A DNA stretch of 64,000 nt, from the NCBI GenBank assembly GCA_976226885.1, contig OZ320323.1:25978001-26042000 (forward strand). Reading direction: 5' to 3'. The first letter of the stretch is position 1, and each line of letters begins with the position of its first letter. This stretch comes from Iphione sp. A-MEVVRFRX5. Lineage: Eukaryota. A program made the position numbers and the translations under genes. The notes under the pieces were generated by a model. The model ran no database searches and was not told where the DNA came from. It saw only the letters and a program-made list of their open reading frames with translations. Below, piece after piece: positions 22,181 to 34,746 of the stretch.

Positions 22181-22944
22181 ATTACGATGAATTCTACAGT
22201 ATGTAATCCACAAAATAAAACTTGCATTTCCAAAACTATGAAATTCTGTATTTGCACTATATTTTGAGAGATTACTGACCTACCTTCAAATATGTAACAG
22301 TTCTTGTTACCATTGTTATCAATAGGCAATTATGAAAAGAATATACTTTTCGCGATTTATGGTACATAATGGAAAAATTGCATCAATAGGAGAGTATAGA
22401 AAAGAACACGAGGTGAACTATCAAAATAAATAAATAGCCCAAACTATCTAAGTGCAGTACAGGAGAAGTTTAACTAGTCAATCAATTGAAAACCAATTAA
22501 TACGCCAAAGATTTTAGCGACGATATGTAAATGGTTAAAAACGAATAAAAAAAGTCAGTATCAAAATAAAAAATACATTGTCTCAAAAACAATTACACCT
22601 TCATTCTGTACTGAATTCAACTGACTGATAATATGTGTCTATTGCTTTAAGCCACTTCCTACCTAATGCACTTCACACTGAATTTTGATCAAACTTGAAG
22701 CATTATAAAGGCAGAAATAAGGACGGTACACGTCCTTTCAATTTGACCATATCTGGTGGGCCATTGTAGCAGAAAACTCCTACATAAAATGTTAACAATT
22801 CAGAATGACATCTACTCATCTGTTCCTAATATTGCAGTGAACAAAGGAAAAATGCAACCAGGGCATGGGCAGACAAACTCAAAGACTTGTTGGGAATAAG
22901 TCTCATGTCAATTGGTGATACCTCTACTCCTGTATACACTTCAC

Positions 22945-22992
22945 CTCTCTCTCTGTCTCTCTGTCTCTGTCTGTCTGTCTCTCTCTCTCTGC
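22945..22992. repeat. (CT)n/(CTGT)n microsatellite
   Basis: Directly visible compound simple repeat. Confidence 0.9.
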
Positions 22993-25900
22993 CTGCTCTG
23001 CATTGCTTGGAGTAGGAAACTCACTTGCAATTGAAGATTGGAAAAACAACTTGAAGATTAGGCGTTGGTTCAGACATGTCATGCTTGACGTGTCCAGATG
23101 GGTGTGTCCCATTCCCTTAACCTGTCCCATTCGCAGATGTTTGGTTAACTGTTGAACTGAGGAGAATGGGTTACTCCAAAATCTTTTGCATTTGAAATGG
23201 GCCCGGATTTTAGAAGTACACACGTTCCCACTGTACCCATGTTAATTCATGCACAATCTGAATGTACATGTAGACCGATAATCTCCGAAAACATGTACTT
23301 TTGCATTTGTACTTTTTTTCGGGAAAACGCCAATCTGCCATGATGTTTGTACCATTTCATCTGGATATTGCTCTATCCGTGAAAATAAGCATCCAATTTA
23401 GTGAAAACACAGAAGAACGTAACATTAAGGACAAATCAAGCCAGCAGCAAAACAGGAAATAGATACACATATATGAACAATACTTTCTCTAAAGTGCATT
23501 AGCTAAGGATGGAAACAACGTTTAGAAAACTATTATGACATGCGCTGGCCAAAGATCGAGATAGAGAGCCCACCACGATGGACAAAGACATACGGAGAAG
23601 GCGTGATGGCAGACAGGGCGAAGGATTGCGGTAGACAGGCGTGTGCCCTGGCTGGAGGTAGACGGGAGGCAACCCACGCCTTCGGCAGAGCAAATTTTTA
23701 CCGTAGCCGCCGCTGCAGCTGCTACCTCCCACGAGAGGACCAGCTTGCCGGTCCATGGTAGAGCTCTAAGAAATCGAAGATTTATATGTTGTACTCACTT
23801 TGCAAAATCGCGGCTCATCACTCATCTTGGGAACATCTTGGTCCGAAGCATTCACCTCTTGAGTTTGAACACCTACTGACTATCTTCCCCCGTGCACCGC
23901 TGGGCACATTGAATCCCGTTATATGTACATACTAAACATGGTATATTTGTCTGCAGAACCCAGAAGCCAATACGAAGGCAGAGAACTGTCTCAACGAGAG
24001 GACAATCTCTTGTTTGTCCACCTATGGTATGGGGTCAGCACAAGTTTACCAACGTCTTGAATGTGACTGGAATACTGTCGGACTCTCATCACGTTAAACA
24101 GTAGAGTTTCAACGTTGGGAATCGGCTTCTTTTCCTTACATCTCCCATTGTCCCGACAAAAGGGATAATTTCAGGTTAAACCTTCTGTGTACAGGATCTA
24201 TCAGATCCAGGTGAAAGCACCTTAAGTTCAGCACGGAGGTCTACATGTACATTATAGATTTTGGGTTTTATTAAACCATTACAAATCCTAATGTGCCTAT
24301 TAAGTGGTACAATGATATTTGCCGGTCCCAAACTCATATCACTTTCAACGGCATCTTTCTGTCCACAAGTGATTCTTGGTGAAGTTCACATGTATGTGTA
24401 CCTATGTATGTATACATATATATACACATAATGTAGGCCTATTTACACAAAAATAATCTAGCTAGGTACTAAGTTACGAGTTCTACCATAGGTAATATTA
24501 ACGTGGAATGTTTTAGAGATAAGCATAGGTTCAATGACTTGTAGTTCCCTCACCGCTAGACTCTTTTGTCATGCAGGACGTTGACCGACATTTGCTACGT
24601 TTACCAACGCAAGTAAATCTGCGCATCATAAATCAAATAGCATGAGGTGGCATAAATTGGGTGCTATAATAACGAAGGTGATAATGATCGTGAGATACTT
24701 ATTCCCAGCGCCTTTGTAACTGGTCATGTAGCCTGTTGACGTTCAAACCACTGTAATTTATTGTCTTTCCGCTAGGTGGCATACAGGTGGAGATAAGTGT
24801 CGGACTGTCTGGTCGGTTGCAAGGCAACTTAGGAAGAACATGACGTCGTGTGTAGGTCATTCGTCGTCAGTAAGGGTCATAGCTCAAATCGTTATTTATG
24901 GTCTATAACGTCTAGTTACCTTGTCACAGGTGCTTACGTCATGTTTGGCCTGAAATTCCTACGTGAGTAATATTAATGATGGTGCACTGTCAATATTTCA
25001 TCGCCGGAGATACTTCCATCCGATTTTAATGGGACATTAAAACTACTTAAAATAATTGTGCCCGTCAAGTTTTTCATGCTGTCGATATTTTACACGTCAT
25101 CAACCGATCATAAAAATACAATAGACTTCGACCTACTGAAAGGTGACAGGACTTGGAGAACGATAACAAACTAAGGAAAGGTTTACTGTCCTTTAAGTAA
25201 GGCACTACGATAGGATAATACAAGAACGTGGATTAGAGGTCAACCATGACCCATATTATTATGGTTTATCATTTCAAACGCAGCTTGGGAACCGGTAGCT
25301 TATGCATCTACTTGCAATGGCTAGGGCACGGAACATGCACCTAAAGCAAGCAAAAAATCCATGGAAAAGACTAAAAACCTATAACTACTCTGCAAGATAG
25401 ACTTACTCAAATATATCAACGCTATTTAGATAATCCTGGTAAAATCATGCAGGCTTTAGGATTTGGTTCCCGGAAAACGTTATTTTGTGCAAAGAGAAGG
25501 TGGGGACACAAGGCCCTGCCCTTACCTCTCTGTGCTTAAAAAATAAAGGCGAGAAGAAATGGCTTTTCTGCACGATTTCTTACCGTACTGAGGATGTAAC
25601 TGTGACAATTACATACAACAGCTATGACGAAAGGCCTGCAATCCATCTTGGTTTACAAAGGCCGGCATTTGTTTAGATCTGTCTGGGGGAACTCCACAAT
25701 GGTCATTGTGGAGTGAACGGGGGTTTCAGGGAAGTTAGCTGACCCTTACCACAAATATAGCTCCATTTCACAAAGAAAAAGCACACCATTTCAAATAATA
25801 TTGAATGGGTGCTGTGGGAAATTGATTATTGGCTTCCCTGCCTGAAGTGCTTGGAAACGTAGGAATGCTGTTGTCCCTCGATCTAACTTTTCATGTGTCG

Positions 25901-26489
25901 GACCATCTCTCCCGATCTGTTTTCTTACAACTCCAGATATAAGAGCTCTGGAATTCTGAAATTTACATAAAACGATTTGATACAAGGGACTCTCCGTACA
26001 TACCTATTTGGAAGATGATGGGCAAACCCAAAGAAATATAGACGTGTTTTGGTCTGTGAGGACAGTATCACTTTGACACCAGTGGGATATGACGTGCTGA
26101 TGGTGGTGAGGGAACCCAGATCATTGATTTTCCCTCAGATTCCTGTCAATATGTCGAGGAAAGAAAGCTAATTCTGATCATGTTGTTCGAAAAAGAAAAG
26201 CAGGGAAGCGAGACAAGGAGGCCCAAGTAAATTTTTTGGTAAAGGCACTTCAATGGATTTAGTTCAATACAGTTCACTCCCCCAAATCCGGACACCCGTC
26301 GTTCTTCCCCAGATCATCTGCATTTCAGATATATCTGGTTTATATATCTGCGAGTAGGATATAGGGTGGAGATGTTTGAAAATAAATCCCTAGCAACTGA
26401 CTTGAATTGTACATATTTATTTAGTGATAAATATATAAATAAAACATGATACCGATAAATACAAGCAAGTAGAGATAAATATAGGCAAT

Positions 26490-26900
26490 TCAAACCATTC
26501 CTTGAAAAAGCTATCCAAGGTTGTCTGTATAGTCTTCCCAGACAGAGTTCTGGTGGTATGGTATTGCTGGAGTGGTTGTAGGGGAACCAAGCATTCTATG
26601 TCACCTTTATGGAGGAGGTAATTCCTCCTCTTCTGGAACATATCTTGGATGTCAGAGTCAGTTGTCCGACATGTTTCCTAGATCTGTTCACCCTCCTCTG
26701 ATTTGTCTTACTCCTCTGGCTCCTCAGAGGCCCAGTCCTTCTGGTTGGTATTGTGGGTCATCAGGTCATCCTTCAGGACCTATTACTCGTCCGGTGTCAT
26801 CCTGATCTCCTCAGGAAAGCCCTCCTGGACCTTGGTGAGGAGGGAGAGAAGCAGTTTATCAAGACTGTCAGGAGGGAGACATAGACAGTTATATGTAGAC
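26490..26900 (-). pseudogene. Remnant of a pogo/Tigger-like transposase C-terminus
   Basis: One frame with stops reads DSLDKLLLSLLTKVQEGFPEEIRMTPDE..DDLMTH, an acidic stretch, then GKTIQTTLDSFFK (PIP-box-like), the same layout as the C-terminus at 30428-30946. Confidence 0.5.
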
Positions 26901-28160
26901 CATTTAATCCCCTGTCGGGCTTCTCCAGGAATTGGGGGGTGTGCTTGTCACGGCGACATGCTAACTGCCATCTGATGATAACTATTTCCACTTCTTTCTC
27001 TGTGGCTTTGCTGAAAATAGGATTCCTTTTCACTACTCCTGAAAAGCAATACATGTATATTGGTCTGCATAAAGCTCTGTGTTGTTAATAATGGGAAATG
27101 TGACAGTTTGCATGCAACAAGAGCAGTGCATCTCTCAGATCTTTTGGAATTAATCTTGCCCATTAGTCTACATACTATCCAGGTCCCAAAGACCAGGTTT
27201 GTAGTCTTGACAGGTTTCTTATTTTTCCTATGCTGATGTGGGATCCTTTCCAGCCACAGTAAACTGGCCAGGTTTAGTGAAGCAGGCAATTTTTAGGGCA
27301 CCTTTTCTAGCCCCTTCCTCACTCTAGGGAGATGCGCAGTGCATTCCTAAAGAGGGCTGCTCAGTCACTCAGGTGGCTTCCGAATCTCGCTGCTGCTTTG
27401 GGTCAGAGAGAAGTGACCATATGGCCTTAGCCACCTGTGTGCAGGTTTTTGACTACAGCTTCCAGTATATCTGTTCCTGCTGGTTTGCCATACACCCATT
27501 GCCACAGGACTTTTGGAGTAGGATGGCAAAGGAAGGTGAGAGATGAGTTGCACATGACTAAGATTAGAGTGAGGGTGACTTGCACATCATCAACCTCACT
27601 CTCTCACCCCCTCAAATTTGATGATAGTTACAAGACTCTAATCTAGATGAATGTCAAAGATGAGGAGGTGCAGGAGCTGCTAGGGTGCATCCAGACTTTG
27701 TATGCAGCCTGCTTTAGGGGATGCACTCCTGGTTTCTTTTAGGGTTTACTCCCTTAGCCTTACCTCTCCCAAGGTATCCACAAGGCAGGGGAGCTATTTG
27801 CCCATAGTTGGGGAACTGGTTCATGTGATGCCAGGGCATGTCCACACACCGATGGGCCTGCACATAACATGTTTAGGGGCCAGTTCTCCTCCAAGTCCCT
27901 ATGAGGGCTACAGCCAGCAATCAACAGGGATCACTGTTGTCTATCTGTCGCCACGAGGAGGCACCCTATGGGGCTTGCTGGTGGAGAGTCTGTGTACTGG
28001 CAGGAGAGACTTACACACTCTGCTCTCTTTTCACAGTAAGCTGCTAACCAGTAGTGAGAGCTGAAAGCAAGAGTGACAAGCACTGCACACTACACTAACA
28101 CAGTAGTCACATCACACCAACAAAACAGACATCACATTATCTACTTTCAGGTTAGATATA

Positions 28161-28691
28161 CAGTGGAACGTCCTGATTCCTGACATCCTTGGTTCTACCT
28201 CAAACTGTCCGCATTTGAAATGTGTCTGCTTTATAGATCGGGCCTTTATAGCAGGTTAGAATCCTAAAAGCACTGAATTTGATGGGTAAGAGTCGAAAAA
28301 TTTATGAATTTGACGAGTAGGAGTCCAAAAATGGCTGAATTAGACATGAAGTAGGAGTCCTAAAAGTGCTTGGGGGTATTCATGTCTACCTTTGAAAATG
28401 ATTTCTGGAACTTCCCTGGAGCCTCAAATTTGCATGACAACACCTCGTTCACAGGGTTTATTCATGTCTATCTTTGAAAATGCTACTCTTTGAGGGTGTC
28501 AGGGGGTCTGGGAGGCCCTAAATTCGCATGACAACACTGTCTGTAGGGGGATGTTCTCCTAAAATAGCTGTCCTGATTAGAGACATCCTCCTACAATGCT
28601 TAACTATAGGAAACATTTCAGTTCTTTCCAAAGTGTCCACATTTGGAGCACGTCCGCATTGTAGACGTGTCCTCAGGGGGACATTCCACTG
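28161..28691. mobile_element. pogo/Tc1-type MITE, 531 bp, TA target duplication
   Basis: TA|CAGTGGAACGTCC ... GGACATTCCACTG|TA (12/13 TIR match) with internal GTGTCC-type subterminal repeats. Confidence 0.85.
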
Positions 28692-29104
28692 TATATTAAT
28701 TGAAAACCAAGTAACATTTCATTTATAATGTTAGGAGGCACCAAGAATATTTAGGCTGGGTTTCCATATCTGGAGTGTGGAAAAAGTCTGTGTACACAAA
28801 AAGCAGGCCGTAGTTTTGTTGGATCAGAAATGTTTTGCCTCAGTTGAAGACTTGAAATGGCCTTTTGTTTCCCTTTCCCTTCCAGTTGTACATGTACTGG
28901 CAAGCAAAAGCATTGGTTAGTAGTGAAGCCATGATTTGTCTCACTGTTCCATCAATAGTTGTACAGAGAGAATTCCAAAACCGAACGATCGCCGTTTCCA
29001 CCTAAATCATTCGGATTTGGGATAATTCGTATTTGGAATTGTGGCCTGAGGCCACTCTCAATTTCACACAGTTAGGGGGGCCCCAGGCCCTACCTCGACA
29101 CTGT

Positions 29105-29329
29105 GCATTCCTATAAAAATGAAATAAATCATATCATGAGTACCATCTAATCTAAACCTGAAATAATGGAGAGAAAACACCCAAAAACTTACTTTTGACT
29201 ATGCATACCTATAAAAATGAAATAAATCATATCATGAATATTATCTACTCTAAACCTGAAATAATGGAGAGAAAACACCCAAAAACTTACTTTTGACTAT
29301 GCATACCTATAAAAATGAAATAAATCATA
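29105..29329. repeat. 98-bp tandem repeat (2.3 copies; the third copy resumes at 30325)
   Basis: CCTATAAAAATGAAATAAATCATA at 29110, 29208 and 29306. After the insertion the unit continues as ATATCATAAATATTATCTACTCTAAACCTGAAA. Confidence 0.9.
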
Positions 29330-30324
29330 GAAGAGGATGACATCGCGTCATGATTGCATCAACCGCCCACGGGATACGGGTGGTAGTGGGGGATCAGAGT
29401 GTCTGCAGTCAGGGAGATAGGAGGGGGGCAGTTCACTATAGTGCAGGTCAACGCCAGCATAATTAGTTGTAGGGCGATTCCTTACAAGACGTAGCGCAGG
29501 GGGGTCACCATTGGATGTTGTTTAGTCTTGTGTTTCGCTAATCAAGTTAGCACTTAAGACTTATCCGAATAGGGCATTTAAACGTTAACTTGGAACTCAA
29601 CTGTGATAGCCCTTCATATGTTGGGTTTACCTGTACCTACTTGCATGGAGCTACATGGGTGCAACAAAGCACCGGTAGGCCGAGTGGTGTCAGGTGGAAT
29701 TTACAACTCTTTTATCTGTGATAAACGTCAGCTCTATACTCTAGGCATTGTCATTGATCTCTCCAATGTCTGTGATAGTAACACATATTGGTAAAATTGC
29801 TCAACTTAAGCAATGGCATCGTCGACCAGCTATCGCCTTAGGGTATTTCGGGGTGATGCTGATCTTTTTGCAAATGTGCAAGGGTGTAGTCGTCAGACAA
29901 CCAAGCCTCAGTCTAACACATATACGGTAAATAACTCAGATCTCAGAAGGGCGTAAGGTTTGAAAAGAAGTTGGTCAATGGCGAAGTGGTCAGATCATTT
30001 ATCCCCAGGTTAATCGTTTATGTGTTTTGCATATACCAGTGTACTGCGATATCAGAAAGATGCAACGTTCAGGAAGATTTGCGCTCAGAGGTACCTTTGT
30101 ACAATCCACTTTTTACCACGGAAGATCTATTATATACCCCGGTGTATGTCTAAAGAGGAACCATTATGTTAAGCTACTATTGTATATTTATGTATGATAC
30201 GCTTCTTGTTTGCTCTTGTATTAACCCTTCTCTAATTACATTATTAATCATGAAGAAATTTGTGCAACTGTGCGCGATGATTTTGATTAATAAACTATCT
30301 TGAATCTTGAATCTTGAATCTTGA
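29330..30324 (+). mobile_element. 995-bp retroposed insertion (LINE 3' end or SINE-like) with an (ATCTTGA)4 tail and ATA target duplication
   Basis: Interrupts a known repeat unit precisely; AATAAA followed by four ATCTTGA copies at 30297-30324; ATA on both sides. No recognisable ORF. Confidence 0.75.
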
Positions 30325-30427
30325 ATATCATAAATATTATCTACTCTAAACCTGAAAGAAGGGAGAGAAAAACCCTATAAAAGAAAAAAAAATGAACCTG
30401 AAAAAAAACAACAACATGTAATTAATG

Positions 30428-32059
30428 TTAACTTATATATGGTCTCTTCAAGATGTCGGCAATGGTCTTCTGCTTGCACTTCTTCACTGCTGCCATCTCT
30501 GTTTTCTCCAGGATAGCCCGAAGAGAAGATACAATGTCAGTGTTGCCTTGGTCCTCCCAGAAGGACACAGCCCAGTCCAGGCCTTGTCTCACTTGCTTGA
30601 TGGTAACAGGCTCCACATGTTGCTCTTCCTCCTCCTCTTCTTCCTCCTCTTTCCTCTTGCGCTTGGCTACCAGCTGGATGATGCTCTGCTCATCCATCTC
30701 TCCTGATGTAGGCTCCTGGGAGTCACAGGACACATAATCATCTGCTGGTCCTGTGTCCTCCCCTTGCTTGTCCTGGAGGTCTTGCAGCAGTGTCCTCAGC
30801 TGTGAGAGCGGGGTGTTGTCCTCTTCCTCTGTAATGTCCTCTTCTTCCTCTGTGGCTGGACTGGTGGTATCTGGCAGGATGTCAACATGCTTCCAACACT
30901 TGGCAATGGTGGTGCTGGAGACAGCCTGCCAGGCCTCATGGATCATCAGGATGGCCCTCCTGACATCTGTGGTCTGGGGTTTACCTTACTCAATACAGGT
31001 CAGGAAGTGCCTGATCAGCCTCCTCCTGTACTGTGCCTAGAAAGAGGCAATGATGCCTCCATCCAAGGGCTGCAGATGACTGGTGGTGTTTGGAGGCAGG
31101 TAGATGATCTTCAGGTTCTTGTAGTTCTTGGTTGTCTTGTGGCTGGCTGCATTATCACAGAGGATGACATATCACCTTTTCTGCCCTCTTGCTCTGTCAT
31201 CCAACTTCTTCAGGAGATCTTCCCACAGGGTTGAAGTCATCCAGGCTTTGGTGTTGTTTCTGTATGTAACATACATGGAAGGATCAAAGTCCTTCCCAAA
31301 ACATCTAGGTCTGGCTGACTTGCCAATCACAAAGGGCCTGATCTTCTCAGTCCCTGTGGCATTGCAGCACAATGCCACAGTCAGCCTGTCCTTGGACCGC
31401 TTCTCACCCTTCACTGGCCCTGTGGCAAGAGTGGCTCCTGGTTTCAGTCTGAAGAAGAGCCTTGACTCATCCACATTGAAGATGTCATCAGGATCATAAC
31501 CTTGTAGGAGAATCTTGATATCTTGCCTTCCTTCCCCTACAAGCTGGGCAGACACAGATGCAGCTTCACTATGGGTCTTGTACACCTTGATGTTGTTCCT
31601 CTGTCTGAATCTCTGGATCCAGCCCTTGCTGTATCCAAAGCTCTCATCCACTTGGAGCTCCTTGCCAAAGACCTTGGCCTTGTCCACCAGAACTTCATCT
31701 GACACCACTGCTCCTCCGGCCCTCATGTCATTGAACCAGAGGAGGAGGACCCTCTCCAGGTCAGCCTGTTTGGGACATCTAGCCCTGATATGGTTGCCCT
31801 CATCATCAGGCAGGGACAGCCAGTGGTCCTTTTTCTTGAAGATGTCTGTCAGGGTAGATTTCCCAACTTTGAAGCCAAACAGGGGAGAGAAATGCCCAAT
31901 GATGCCAATGAGGGAAGCAGTGGGGTGACTGGCCTTGTATTGACAGAGGAGCTTCTTCTGCTGGTTGGTGATGTTGGTTCTCCTTCTCTTAGCCTGTGGT
32001 TGAGACATGGTGTCTGTAGTTCTCTGGCGTGCTCTGGAGTGCTCTGGAGTGGTACTCAA
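30428..32059 (-). pseudogene. pogo/Tigger transposase (CENP-B-type HTH + DDE_1, DD30D), inactivated by three in-frame stops
   Basis: HTH region, WFNDMR, SKGWIQRFRQR, NVDES, CCNATG, IGKSARPRCF, NTKAWMT. Reading through TGA (31172), TAG and TAA gives YVILCDNAASH..YLPPNTTSHLQPLDGGII in frame with 30428..30946. Confidence 0.92.
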
Positions 32060-32145
32060 GGTAGAGTGACTGACCAGTGCTGACCACCTCCCTTATATCC
32101 TCCCATGGGTCAGGAAAACACAGGACAATGCAGGAAAACGCCCCT

Positions 32146-32637
32146 GTCGACCAGGGCCTCTCAGAGGCAGGTGTCGATCGAGGTGCAAGCTGTTCCAAGG
32201 GTAGCGACTTGGAGGGGAACCGAGCTCCCCCCAATCAACCAGGGCCTCTCAGAGGCAGGTATCGATCGAGGTGCAAGCTGTTCGCCCCGGTAGCGTGGTG
32301 ATCAAAGGGTAGCGAATTGGAGGGGACCCTAGCTTGCAGGCAGCTCGCCCTGGTCAAGAGGCCTCTCAGAGGCCTCTCTGTAGGTGCGAGGTCATCAAAG
32401 GGTAGCGAACTGGAGGGGAACCGAGCTCGCCCCGGTCAACCAGGGCCTCTCAGAGGCAGGTGTCGATCGAGGTGTGAGCTGTTCAAAGGGTAGCGACTTG
32501 GAGGGGAACCTAGCTCGCAGGCAGCTCGCCCTGGTCGACCAGGGCCTCTCTGCAGGCTCATCAAAGGATAGCGAACCTGGAGAGGAACCGAGCTCGCAGG
32601 CAGCTCGCCCCAGCTGACCGGGACCTCTCAGAGGCAA
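32146..32637. repeat. GC-rich modular tandem repeat (six units of ~80-117 bp) upstream of the transposase
   Basis: GCCTCTCAGAGGC-type blocks at 32156, 32244, 32361, 32445, 32544 and 32623, interleaved with CAAAGGGTAGCGA..GGAGGGGAACCGAGCTCGC blocks. Confidence 0.9.
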
Positions 32638-34746
32638 GCATTTGGATTTCGAGTACAATTTTAACTAATTTTAATGAAATACCACCGTTCGGATTCAGAA
32701 ATTGCATATTTTGTATATCTGAGTAGCTAAATACAGGAAAATGATTTGTTCCTGTAAATATTGTTTGGTTTTGGGGGAATTTGTATCTTGAGTGTTCGGA
32801 ATACCCTCTGTACCACCTAAGGATCCAAATTTATTCACCTAGAATTCTGCTGCCTGGCCAGGTGTTCTGAAAAGGGCTGAACACATCATAATTGATTAGC
32901 TTGGGTGAGAAGGTATAAGAGGCCATTCTTTTAGAGTGATTCGTCTCATAGCAGGGCTCTGCATGGATGGCTGAATTTCTTCATCACTTCCTGTGTACAC
33001 AAAAAATGCGAATATCATTTTGTACAATGAAAAGAGGTCTCGAGAGCATCACTGAACAAACTGTAGTCTGTACTATATACTGTAGACATGTACCATATTT
33101 GCTTCAACAGACTGACAAACAGGACAAGAAAAAAGCCTCAATTATGGTGCCAGTTATCTATTCCAGTTAATGTAAAAATAAGCTTATTTCTGCCGAATTT
33201 CGCTATAATCTACCAACCCAATCCAACTTTTAATGGGACGGAAGCCCACAAAAGTGATAGTAGATGTACTTGTTTATGCACACATACGCACACAACACGC
33301 ACACACTTTGGTTCAAAAAGTCCATTTGTACTCCCAGCTTAAACAGATATAAAAGTCTCCTCGCAGGACCCGGTATCATGCCTCTTAATCGGGACTCAGT
33401 GCAAAGCAGTAACAACTAGCGAGGCATGAGTACGCATTCAGGCAGACGTTTCCGAATCCGCTTACAGTCTTTCGTCATAATATAAAGCCTCAATGGACTG
33501 ATCGAGTGTTCATGTGTACAAAACATGCGTAATGCAGGCCTGTAGCCTATGGGGTATCGGGGTATTGTCTGATACCCTCCACTGATGCCTGGAGTTCCAC
33601 ATCTCTCATTTCAGATACCACCTGAAATTAGACAAGTGGAGGGATACAAGCAAAATTATGGCAAAGTTTATTACCAGGAGTTCCACCTCTCTAACCAGCA
33701 GTTCCACCTCTTTGACCAGGCGTTCCACCTCTCTAATTTGAGATACCCCCCCATAATCATTCCTGGCTATGGGCCTGTAATGCAGACAGTTCTCATCCAA
33801 GTCCAAAAATGTTATGCAAACTTCGTAAACATGGATATTCAGCCTAAATGTACGTAATTTGAAACTGCCAACTGTGACGGTTCACGTGCACTGACATTAA
33901 TATCCTGGCGTTCCTCAAGTTAATATGGACTTGAAGTGATGCAAAGATAGGCAGGTCATATGAAACGGGGATTTTAAATGAGGTAAACATACGACTACAT
34001 GGAAGTGTCAATACAACTTGTTTCGGATGTGTCTGTATATTTCCTTGAAATGTAGTATCAACAATAATCATCACCCAGCAATCTTGCATCAGGGTACATG
34101 TCTATGAATTTCACTCTCTATTCTTATACAAAAACTATTGAATACAGGTTGGAAGAACACCAATTAACCCACTTTGATTTTGTTGACAACTCCTAGCCTC
34201 AGTGGAGACTCGCGCAGTGTTTGATGTCTATTGTGCCTGACCGCAGACGAGATCAAATTGGGGGAGAAGCCACGATTTCGTTGAATTAAGCAAGCCTCTA
34301 TACATAACCTACATAACAGTGGACAATGATACCAGGCCAAGCGGAGACCAACCTTTTCGGTCTCTGATAAACCAAACTTCGTCCCAGACATTTCTGTTGA
34401 GAGAATAGGTGAAAGGCAAAGGTGCAAGACTGTCATGCTGTCAGCTTTTCTTGCACCTTGTATATTAAAGAAAAGACATTTACGCCATTCCTTGAAAATG
34501 CCTGATGTCTACATAGGGAACATTAGCGTAAGACGAGTGGTAGTATCAAAGAAAGAGCTGCTGGAAGAAGCAACAGCCAGCCCCACACAGGCGGCAGGTA
34601 AGGATGCAATGTTTTCTACAGTTGATAGAGTATGTATGTACTCATGTATGGTAGATCCGGTTTGAAACGAAATGTTTATTCTATGCGTAGATTCCAGAAG
34701 ATTATATGGAAGATACGTTGGATAGGAAAAGAGTTCATGTGAAAGA

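Larger units (their letters stand above)
28964..32810 (-). mobile_element. pogo/Tigger DNA transposon with a nested insertion and internal repeats
   Basis: TA|CAGAGAGAATTCC at the left and GGAATACCCTCTG|TA at the right (11/13 TIR match, TA TSD), enclosing the transposase pseudogene. Confidence 0.85.

Noticed and set aside
25588-25632. Hammerhead ribozyme (CTGAGGA...GAAA)
   Set aside because: A stem follows CTGAGGA, but GAAA lies ~15 nt beyond its end and no stems I/III are evident. A similar candidate near 51202 lacks GAAA.
25691-25714. Helitron 3' terminus (perfect 10-bp hairpin ACTCCACAAT/ATTGTGGAGT)
   Set aside because: No properly placed CTRR-T end on either strand and no 5' TC/A-T junction identified; left as an isolated hairpin.
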